Shown here: positions 30,011-38,861 of the stretch, piece after piece | Position numbering within the stretch: position 1 is the stretch's first letter | Layout of the letters: each line of letters begins with the position of its first letter | From: a virus | Virus record (IMG/VR): IMGVR_UViG_3300028829_003739 | Span: 4,253 to 68,252 of that record | DNA length: 64,000 nt | Strand: one strand, 5' to 3' | The notes under the pieces: model-generated | Databases searched by the model: none | What the model saw: only the letters and a program-made list of their open reading frames with translations | What the model was told of the DNA's origin: nothing | Made by a program: the position numbers and the translations under genes

Positions 30011-31741
30011 ATGAAAAATCCTCAAAATACTAGTTCTGCTGAAAGCGGTAGTTTTGATAAAAGTTTAAATACAGATAATCAAGGATTTGCGCAATCTCCA
30101 AATCAGTGGGTACAAGCACGTAATGCATCTAACAATACTGTAGAAGGTGATATATTACAATTAAGTAATGAAGCTTCAAATAGATTTTGTGCTGCTGTTA
30201 AAAAAGGATATAGTGTTATTGGTGCTATTCATGCAGGAGGAGATAAGTGGGCCATATACTCTACTAATAACACAGACTCTGAAATAGGAATATATGACGA
30301 ATCAGAATGCGATTATAAAGAGTTAGTTAATGATCCTTGTCTTAAGTTCAATACTAAAAATCTTATAACTGGTACATCAAAAGAAAGTTTTGATTGTACT
30401 AGACAATTATATTGGTCTGATGGTAGAAGAAATCCTAACAGGACATTAAATATAGATAATATACCGTGGGTAAAAACTCCAGTTCCCGTTACTGGCAATA
30501 CTGATTGTATAGAGTATGAAGTAGCAGAACCAAAAGTACTTGATTGTGATAAAATTAGATTAGCCCCTTTATATAACAACCTAAGTTTTGAAATTAAAGA
30601 AGGTACACAGGCAGGAGAAATCTTAAATGGTTCTTACTATGTTGTAGGAGGATATATAAAAAACGGTGTTAGAGTTACAGATTGGTCATTACCATCAAAT
30701 GTAGCTGGATTATTTAAACATGCTAATGTAGGATCATCCTTAGAAATAACATTAGTAGATGTAGATGAAGACTATGATGAGTATGAATTAATATTAGTTC
30801 AATTTGCTAACTTCCAAAACCTAGATTATTACGTAATCGGTACGTATGACACAAGGCAAACAAAGATTACTCTTACCTCTATAAACAATAACTTAGCAAG
30901 ACTAAGTAAAGAAGAAGCCCAAGATATAATTATACGTAACCCAATAGTAGATAAATCAGATGCTTTATATAAAGCTGGTGATTATAATATGCTTGCAGGA
31001 CCTGAATATAAGTTTGATTTTAATTATCAACCTTTAGCAAATGAAATTACATCTAATTGGGTATCAGTAGAATACGACCCTGACTATTATAGAAACGGTG
31101 GTACAAATACAGGATACATGAGAGATGAGGTATACCCGTTCTTTATTAGATGGGTATATAACACAGGAGATAAATCTCCTTCATTTCATATTCCAGGAAG
31201 AGCACCGATAACAGCTAGTAACTTTGATTTATTTGGTAATAATGTAAGTGAAACAGATCTTACATCAGGTGATGATGCATTTGAAACTACACAACAAAGA
31301 GTATGGCAAGTACATAATACTGCTAGAGTAGATGCGTTAAGTACATTAGCAGCAAATCAATACACGCTTCCTGATGGAGGTGTTGTAATAGGTAAAGGTA
31401 AAATGGGTTACTGGGAATCAACAGAAACATATGACGATGATAATTCAACTGTGTGGGCAGATTTGTGTGGTAAACCAATACGACATCATAAGTTCCCTGA
31501 CAATGCTACTCATAAAACTGGCAATATTGTTACTAACCATTATGATCCTAATAATGGTGAAAAAATAAGAATACTAGGAATAGAATTTAAAAATATTAAC
31601 CCGCCTGTAGATAATAACGGTGACCTGATAAAAAATGTTGTAGGTTATGAATTATTAAGAGGGTCAAGAGAAGGAAACAGAACAGTATTTGCAAAAGGCA
31701 TGATTAATACAGTCCTAATAATACTGCACTTAATCCTATAG
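30011..31741 (+). CDS. Tail stabilisation/muzzle protein, N-terminal segment
   Basis: Beta-propeller-like start (ARNA, LYWSDG..NP.R.LNI), GYMRDEVY.F.I and PIRHHKFP motifs. Confidence 0.7.
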   Translation: MKNPQNTSSAESGSFDKSLNTDNQGFAQSPNQWVQARNASNNTVEGDILQLSNEASNRFCAAVKKGYSVIGAIHAGGDKWAIYSTNNTDSEIGIYDESECDYKELVNDPCLKFNTKNLITGTSKESFDCTRQLYWSDGRRNPNRTLNIDNIPWVKTPVPVTGNTDCIEYEVAEPKVLDCDKIRLAPLYNNLSFEIKEGTQAGEILNGSYYVVGGYIKNGVRVTDWSLPSNVAGLFKHANVGSSLEITLVDVDEDYDEYELILVQFANFQNLDYYVIGTYDTRQTKITLTSINNNLARLSKEEAQDIIIRNPIVDKSDALYKAGDYNMLAGPEYKFDFNYQPLANEITSNWVSVEYDPDYYRNGGTNTGYMRDEVYPFFIRWVYNTGDKSPSFHIPGRAPITASNFDLFGNNVSETDLTSGDDAFETTQQRVWQVHNTARVDALSTLAANQYTLPDGGVVIGKGKMGYWESTETYDDDNSTVWADLCGKPIRHHKFPDNATHKTGNIVTNHYDPNNGEKIRILGIEFKNINPPVDNNGDLIKNVVGYELLRGSREGNRTVFAKGMINTVLIILHLIL

Positions 31742-34700
31742 ATCCTGCAACAGGTCAACAACAAAATACTCCAGGTACACAAATTGACACAGATGGTAGA
31801 AGAAAGTTATATCCTAACTATCCTTATAACCCTTTATATAATGAAGCTTACTTAAGTAGTAGACCTACTACTAATAACGCAGGTTCTAATTTTAATAATG
31901 ATGGTAGTGTGCCTGACGATGAAATACCAAGTGAAGGTGGAGATTATGTTAGTGCAAAACCATATAAAGGTTTTGAATATAATTCAAGTAGTGAAACTTG
32001 GACTATAAACGGGCATTCAGATATTAAACGTGACTTCTTTACTTTCCACTCACCTGAAACTAACTTTAGAAATCCTTATTTATCTGCTAAAGAAATTAAA
32101 GTTTACGGAGAGGTAAATGGTACTATGAGAGGAACTTTTGAAGTTCCTAATGGTCATCCAAAACATAAATTTTTATCTGATTTAGCACTTATAACATCTA
32201 CTTTGATAGGTGTAGGTTTTACTATAGTTAAAACTATGGGTAAAGGTAGTGTAAAAACTAGCGGTATTGGAGCAAGTGTAGGAGGAGGTTACTCACAAGC
32301 AGGTGTGTCTTCAGGTAGTACATTTTTAGGATACGCACCTATTGCTGCAGGTGCTGGAGGAGGAACAGCAGCTCAAGTTGCTACTAACCAGTTATTAAGA
32401 CAAACAGGATGGTTTAGTACTGTAGTAGGATTTAACCCTAACTTAGTATCAGATAATGCATACCAAGTAACTAGAGGTATTGCATCAGCAGCCGGAGCAA
32501 CTGGTGGTGAAACAGAGTATTCTAGAGAAATGTCTGAATGGGAAGCTGTTCCGGATTGGTTAAGAATAATTGCAGGATTACCTTCATTTATGATAATGCT
32601 GGGTAACGGTATTCAAGATTACTATGATATTATTAAATCATTTACTTCATATAAGCATTACGCATTACAACAAGTATCACATTCATATTATGATAAATTT
32701 AGAATTCCTAGAACACAGAATACTAGAAGAAAAATAAATACAGCATCATATATAGATGATGAATTACAAGATTTTGATAATCTATATCGTATTAATAATT
32801 TAATGCGGGTTAGATCTGTAGCATTAAATACAGAAGGTATAATAGAAAATCCAAAGACTAGAGATTTAAGTCAACAAATTTTATCTTCTGCCTTTAGAGA
32901 TAAAAATGATACCCCTATAAACTTAGATCAAGGTAAAGTTGATTGGAATGCATATATCGGACAAACCTTTCAACAACCTACTGCATCTCATTATGTTGCA
33001 TTAAAACAAAGAATTGATAATCAGTATGGGCAAATACCTACAATAGTACAATTACCTATATCAACAGGAACAAAATATAATAATCAAGTTATTTCAACTT
33101 CTGATGTTATGTTTAACGGAGATACATACATAGGTAGATATACTGAAAAAAACACAATGTATTTCTTCTATGAATGGTTAAAAGGACAGCCTAATGGAAC
33201 TGAGGTAGATTATAGAAAATATAGAAATGTATCTCATCCTAAATTTTGGATGGATTCAGATCCTTTTGATGTAAATGAATTTACATCTTCTATAGGTACT
33301 ATATTTAAAAATAATTCTAATGATCCACAACCTCCTGGTAGTTTTGATTTCTTTACAAATGCTAATGATCCAAATGCTAATGAATGTGAGTGTGATTTAG
33401 ATACAGGGGTTTTAAGTTTTTCTAATCCTAATAATGAAAGTGCTTGTAAATTAACTGAATGTGATAGCATAGATGGAGATGATTTAACAGATATATGTCA
33501 AGCACAATTTAATATTACAGCTAGCGCAAATTATCTAACTTTCTTAGAAGATGTGTTAGCAGCACAACAAGAAAATGCATCAAAAAATTGTGACGGTAAT
33601 CCTATGGATGCTGTTGATCCACAGACTGATAACGGTGGGCCAAGTAACCCTAACAATCAATATTATCCTTGTCCTGAGTGTGTAGATATGGCTGCTAATG
33701 ATCCTTGTGACATTACAGATTTTTGTGGAAGCGGTACCAACGGGTGGAAATTAAAAAAATGTACTGCACTATCTGGTAATTTTGATTGTGATGATGATGA
33801 CGCTGGTGAACCAAGAAGTAAATGGAAAAGAAAGCTTAGAAGAGCTGAAAGAGCTGTAGATAAATCTACTAAAAAATATAATAAAGTTGCTAATAAAGTA
33901 TATGAGAATTATTTAGATTGTCAAGATCCTGAAGGTGATAGCAGTTGGTTCCAGTCATTATTTGATGAGGTTGTTACACCTAACAAAAAATTTGCTTTTG
34001 ATAGAAAAGGATTAGGTTTAAACTTTGGAATTAAAAATGCATTTATGTATTTATTTAATTCAGGTGTAAGAGATTTCTATGTAGAATCTGAAGTAAATGT
34101 AGATTATAGAGATTGGGGAGATAAGCTTTCTGAACAACATTTTGATTATAGAAGGTTCTCAAATCTTCAAACTATTTTTAATACTGATAGAATTAGAGAA
34201 GGTAACTTCTTTAAATATGATTACAGTTTAAGTCATAGTAAGTTATTTACAGGATTTACATCTTGGGGTAATACACAACTAAGAGATTACGACCCTACAG
34301 TATCTGAAAAATGTTATGTACATAGACCTGATAGATTAATGTATTCTATGAAAAGAAGTGATGAAAATAAGAATGACTTCTGGAGAATATATCTACCAAA
34401 TAATTATAAAGACTTTCCTAGTCCAGTTTCAAATATTAAGACTATAGGAGCTAACGGTGTTTTAATTACATTTAAATCTCATAGCCCTGTATCTTTTGCA
34501 GCTGTAGATAATTTAAAGTTAGATAGCGGTACTAAGATTACAATAGGAGATGGTGAATTATTTTCACAACCTATACAGAATCTTGTAAATGCAGAAACAC
34601 CATATGAGTATGGTGCATGTCAAGATGGTCTTTCAGTAATTAATACTCCTGTAGGAACATATTACATATCACAAAATCAAGGTAAGATATATCAAGTATC

Positions 34701-35712
34701 CGGTAAAGGACTTAAAGAGATATCTAATCTAGGTTTAAAATGGTGGTTTGCAAAATACCTACCTTATCAGTTAACAAAAGACTTTCCTGAGTTTAGTTTA
34801 TTAGGAAATCCTGTAGCAGGTATTGGATGTCAGGCTATTTTTGACAACGAAAATCAAATACTATATTTTACTAAGAAAGATTATGCTGTTAGAGATAACG
34901 TTACATTAACATGGAATGAAGATCTTAAAACATTTACAGCTGGTGCTACTAACGTTCCAATAGAGTTAGGTAATCCTACATTCTTTGAAGATGCATCATG
35001 GACTATAAGTTTTGATCCAAAATATAATAGCTGGATATCATATCATGACTGGCATCCTGATTATCTATTACCTAGTAAGAATACCTTTATGTCAGTTAAA
35101 GAAAACGGTATTTGGAAACATAACGATAGATGTGATAGCTATTGTAACTTCTATAATGAAAATTATCCTTTTGAGATAGAATTTGCAATGCATAGTAAAA
35201 CACAAGTGTTTACACTGCGTAACTTATTATACTTTTTAGAAGTTTATAAATATGCTAATAACTGTGATGATAGATTCCACGTATTAGATGCAAACTTTGA
35301 TGAAGCAATAGTATTTAACTCTGAGCAATGTTCAGGGTTATTAAATTTAATTTTAGCTCCTAAAAATGATCCTGCTGGATTATTAGAGTATCCTAAATTA
35401 AATGCTAATGGTGTAAGCTTTGATATACTATTTCATAAAGAAGAACAAAAATATAGATTTAATCAATTCTCTGATATTACTAATATTAGAGGAGAGTTTG
35501 ATCCTAACGTACAACAGACTATTTTTGATACCCAAGCAAACGGATATGTTAAAGACTTGAACAATAATAATCTTGATTATACAAAGGATCCTTTCCAACG
35601 TAAAAAATTCAGACACTTGAAGAACTCATTACTTCTACGTAAAAAAGTTTCAGGTAATGAAAACATGATTATATCTGTTGCTATACAAATGAATTTAAAA
35701 TCTTCTAGATAA
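31708..35712 (+). CDS. Tail stabilisation/muzzle protein, C-terminal segment (frame opens at 31708; ORF track starts at GTG 31909)
   Basis: FTFHSPE, F.GDTYI.RY, SWTISF...WISYHDW.P and IWKHN motifs. The frame is open with no ATG from 31708. Confidence 0.7.
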   Translation, partial: YSPNNTALNPIDPATGQQQNTPGTQIDTDGRRKLYPNYPYNPLYNEAYLSSRPTTNNAGSNFNNDGSVPDDEIPSEGGDYVSAKPYKGFEYNSSSETWTINGHSDIKRDFFTFHSPETNFRNPYLSAKEIKVYGEVNGTMRGTFEVPNGHPKHKFLSDLALITSTLIGVGFTIVKTMGKGSVKTSGIGASVGGGYSQAGVSSGSTFLGYAPIAAGAGGGTAAQVATNQLLRQTGWFSTVVGFNPNLVSDNAYQVTRGIASAAGATGGETEYSREMSEWEAVPDWLRIIAGLPSFMIMLGNGIQDYYDIIKSFTSYKHYALQQVSHSYYDKFRIPRTQNTRRKINTASYIDDELQDFDNLYRINNLMRVRSVALNTEGIIENPKTRDLSQQILSSAFRDKNDTPINLDQGKVDWNAYIGQTFQQPTASHYVALKQRIDNQYGQIPTIVQLPISTGTKYNNQVISTSDVMFNGDTYIGRYTEKNTMYFFYEWLKGQPNGTEVDYRKYRNVSHPKFWMDSDPFDVNEFTSSIGTIFKNNSNDPQPPGSFDFFTNANDPNANECECDLDTGVLSFSNPNNESACKLTECDSIDGDDLTDICQAQFNITASANYLTFLEDVLAAQQENASKNCDGNPMDAVDPQTDNGGPSNPNNQYYPCPECVDMAANDPCDITDFCGSGTNGWKLKKCTALSGNFDCDDDDAGEPRSKWKRKLRRAERAVDKSTKKYNKVANKVYENYLDCQDPEGDSSWFQSLFDEVVTPNKKFAFDRKGLGLNFGIKNAFMYLFNSGVRDFYVESEVNVDYRDWGDKLSEQHFDYRRFSNLQTIFNTDRIREGNFFKYDYSLSHSKLFTGFTSWGNTQLRDYDPTVSEKCYVHRPDRLMYSMKRSDENKNDFWRIYLPNNYKDFPSPVSNIKTIGANGVLITFKSHSPVSFAAVDNLKLDSGTKITIGDGELFSQPIQNLVNAETPYEYGACQDGLSVINTPVGTYYISQNQGKIYQVSGKGLKEISNLGLKWWFAKYLPYQLTKDFPEFSLLGNPVAGIGCQAIFDNENQILYFTKKDYAVRDNVTLTWNEDLKTFTAGATNVPIELGNPTFFEDASWTISFDPKYNSWISYHDWHPDYLLPSKNTFMSVKENGIWKHNDRCDSYCNFYNENYPFEIEFAMHSKTQVFTLRNLLYFLEVYKYANNCDDRFHVLDANFDEAIVFNSEQCSGLLNLILAPKNDPAGLLEYPKLNANGVSFDILFHKEEQKYRFNQFSDITNIRGEFDPNVQQTIFDTQANGYVKDLNNNNLDYTKDPFQRKKFRHLKNSLLLRKKVSGNENMIISVAIQMNLKSSR

Positions 35713-38700
35713 TGAAATTTATAAAACAGGAAAGTAGTGAAGAAAAGAAAGGTTTACCTGGTGGTAGAAATGAAACGTTAACTTCTATTAATAAAACAAC
35801 TTCAGTTGAATCAACGAGTGATGATTACGAAGAAGTTGAACTTACTGATGAAGAGATCGACTTTTATAAATCACAAGGTTTCTTTGTTGAAGAAATAGAA
35901 CCTACAATTGAAAAAGAATTTGATCTTCAATTACCACATAAGGAGCACAAAGATCACAAAGGTATTGAAGCTCATGGTGATGTACATATTAACCCTGAAC
36001 ATATTATGGGTCATGCTAGCATAGGAACAGATAAAGTTAATATTGACTTTTTAGGTTCAACACCAACTTCAGCTCAAGAAAGAAAATATCATCTTGGGAA
36101 TATTGCAAGTAATTTAAATTATAAAGTAAATGATAACCTTTCTTTATCAGGAGGATTAAATTTAGAACCACATAAAAAACCTCAAGTAAATGTAGGTTTA
36201 AAATATAAGTTTAATGAAGGTGGTGAGTTTGATAAAGAAGAATATGGATGGCAATACAAAAAAGAAGGTGACAAATATTTAACTAGAAAATCTGGTGATA
36301 CAGATTGGATTACCGCTACAGGAGATCCTTTGAATCATATTAAATCAAAAGTATATGGTGAGATAGTACAAAACTTTGATCCTTCTGTTGTTCAATCAAG
36401 TTCTAAAAGTCAAAAAACTAAAGTTAAAAGTAAAGAAATACAAGATATACAGAATGAACTTTTAGATAATGATTATTATTTAGGAGGTTATGGTGCTGAT
36501 GGTATAGACGGAGAATTTACACAAGATGCATTAGCAGCATATCAATCAGGTATATCTTCAGAAGACTACAATAAACAGTTTGGAAATACTAAACTTCCTA
36601 ATAGTAATATAACTGTACCAAATACTATTATAAATAATACAAATGGTATAAAAAATCCAGTAGCACCTACTTTATCAGAAACTGCTCAACAATCTCTTAA
36701 TCAAAACATTGAAGCTGATTTAGAACAAGACTCTGATGTAGACCCTTTAGTTACATCAAAGACATCTAAAAAAGAAGAAGAAAAAGGTGTTAGAGTATTT
36801 TCAGAAGAAGGTGACTACTTTGAATTAAGTTCTGTACCAGATTTAGATGACAGAATATATCAACACGCAGATGATTTTATTATAGAAGATTTTGACAATA
36901 GTCGTAAATACTATGGAGGTACTGAATTTAGCAACCCCGAACAAAAAAAAATACATAAACAATTTAAATATATAGATAGAAAAACAGGCGGTAGTTGTTT
37001 AGCAGGAGCATTAAATTGTAATTCAGATTTCGTATCTGTAAGAGCAGGTGCACCATCTATAAGACAATTAATGGAAGATCATGATAATTGGGTTAGAGCT
37101 GATTTATCTAAATATTCTGTAAAGAGTGGTGACTTATTGGATAGTGAAAATTCTTATGAACATACTAAAGGTTATGATTCTTGGGAAATAGGTGACGCTT
37201 TAGTAGGCGAAGGGTTAGCAAAAGATTTATGGGTTGTATCAGATGAAGAAGCTAAAAATGTAAATAAGCATATACCTGACAGCTTCCGAAAATTAATAGA
37301 TGAAGGTAGAATACCGGTAGGAACTATGTTATTTCAAGGTACAAGTCTTCATGATGGTTATACAGGTTATACTTCAAAAAAGGATGGGAACAGAGCTAGA
37401 CATTCAATGACTGTAGTAGGTTTTGATAAAGATGGTACACCATTAGTTTATGAAACAGGTAACTTAATGAGAATTGATGATACGAAGTATGGTGGACATA
37501 ACTTTGTAATGAATAGAATGATTGTACCAAATGGTTATGAAAATTATACATTTGAAAACTTAAAAAAAGGTAAAGCAGAAAGATATAAGCAATTAGGTTA
37601 TGATGCCAATCCTGAAGAGATTAAGTACACTGATAATAAAGAATATAAGCCCTACGTTAATGGCATGAAAAAAGCTATGCATAATGTAGAATATAAAGTA
37701 GCAAATGATTATGATATTGATAAGTCAGTAATGGATAAAATTTCTAATAGGGTTATTGGACATGCTGCACAAGAAAGTAATTTTAATAATCAGGGTGAAG
37801 ATACTAAACCTTTTTTTAGTACTAATCCAAGTCATTTATTTATGGGTAGCGGTATGAAAATAGCAACAGAAGGTTATTTGCAAGATTTAGGTAAAGGTGC
37901 TCTTAAACTGGGATATGATCTATTTAATATAGAAGAGGAAGGTGGTGTTTATGATTATCAGGTGCAAATGCAAGCTTTAAAAAATCTAAAAAATAAAAAC
38001 ATTAACCCATACGCTATAGGAAAAACTAAAAAAGCTGATGGTACATCAAGAACTTTATTAGATGAAGAGTTTAATAAATTAAGAGAATCTGGAGATTATC
38101 CAAAACCTGATAAAGATTATGGCAATTATACATCTTCAACAGGACCTTTGCAAATAAAAAAAGTACCGTCTTATGTTACAGAAACGTTTGGTATAAGTAA
38201 AGGTGATCTTTATGGATCTAATATAGACGATAATAAAGAACTAGGAAATAGTAGTATTGCAGCTTTAGTTTTACTAACTGAAAATTATAAAAAATATAAA
38301 GCTAAGTATCAAAATAAGTATAATTTAACTGATGATGATTTAATTGATATTGCTTCAATAGCTTATAATAGTGCTAGTAAACCCAATAATGATAAGTTTA
38401 TAGAAACATATATAAAAAACAAAGAACTAGCTGATGGATACTTATCTAAAGTACGAAGATTTGAAGCAGCTTATACAAATACAGAAGATCTATATAATAA
38501 AGGTTTTACTGAAAAAATAAATTTAGCTCAAACTAAACCTGTTCAAGAATCTCCGACAGAGCAATATGTTATGATGCAAGAGCCAAAAATTAATATGTTC
38601 AGATCTGACGGAACAATTGATACATCAGGCTTAGGTTCAATCTTTACTGAGGTTAATAATAAACCTAATCCGTCTACAAATGAACAACGTTTTCCTTATG

Positions 38701-38804
38701 TAGCATCATTAGAAAAAGGAGGAGAGTTTGTTGATATGGAACTTACCGAAGATGAAATAAAAGCTTATATAGCAAAGGGATACAGGATAGAAGAATTAGA
38801 ATAA
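35712..38804 (+). CDS. Multidomain virion cargo protein / peptidoglycan hydrolase
   Basis: PG-binding motif (IQ..L....Y.LG.YGADG..G..TQ.AL..YQ), Cys-His peptidase-like region, and lysozyme-like QESNF, GPLQI and AYN motifs. Confidence 0.6.
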   Translation: MKFIKQESSEEKKGLPGGRNETLTSINKTTSVESTSDDYEEVELTDEEIDFYKSQGFFVEEIEPTIEKEFDLQLPHKEHKDHKGIEAHGDVHINPEHIMGHASIGTDKVNIDFLGSTPTSAQERKYHLGNIASNLNYKVNDNLSLSGGLNLEPHKKPQVNVGLKYKFNEGGEFDKEEYGWQYKKEGDKYLTRKSGDTDWITATGDPLNHIKSKVYGEIVQNFDPSVVQSSSKSQKTKVKSKEIQDIQNELLDNDYYLGGYGADGIDGEFTQDALAAYQSGISSEDYNKQFGNTKLPNSNITVPNTIINNTNGIKNPVAPTLSETAQQSLNQNIEADLEQDSDVDPLVTSKTSKKEEEKGVRVFSEEGDYFELSSVPDLDDRIYQHADDFIIEDFDNSRKYYGGTEFSNPEQKKIHKQFKYIDRKTGGSCLAGALNCNSDFVSVRAGAPSIRQLMEDHDNWVRADLSKYSVKSGDLLDSENSYEHTKGYDSWEIGDALVGEGLAKDLWVVSDEEAKNVNKHIPDSFRKLIDEGRIPVGTMLFQGTSLHDGYTGYTSKKDGNRARHSMTVVGFDKDGTPLVYETGNLMRIDDTKYGGHNFVMNRMIVPNGYENYTFENLKKGKAERYKQLGYDANPEEIKYTDNKEYKPYVNGMKKAMHNVEYKVANDYDIDKSVMDKISNRVIGHAAQESNFNNQGEDTKPFFSTNPSHLFMGSGMKIATEGYLQDLGKGALKLGYDLFNIEEEGGVYDYQVQMQALKNLKNKNINPYAIGKTKKADGTSRTLLDEEFNKLRESGDYPKPDKDYGNYTSSTGPLQIKKVPSYVTETFGISKGDLYGSNIDDNKELGNSSIAALVLLTENYKKYKAKYQNKYNLTDDDLIDIASIAYNSASKPNNDKFIETYIKNKELADGYLSKVRRFEAAYTNTEDLYNKGFTEKINLAQTKPVQESPTEQYVMMQEPKINMFRSDGTIDTSGLGSIFTEVNNKPNPSTNEQRFPYVASLEKGGEFVDMELTEDEIKAYIAKGYRIEELE

Positions 38805-38831
38805 ACATATGAGGTTTATTAATATGTAATT

Positions 38832-38852
38832 AAAATTTAGTATATTTAATTA
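38832..38852 (+). promoter_or_regulatory. Phage promoter motif (AAAATTTAGTATATTTAATTA)
   Basis: Recurrent motif upstream of ORF 38862. Confidence 0.55.
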
Positions 38853-38861
38853 GAAGGTGTT

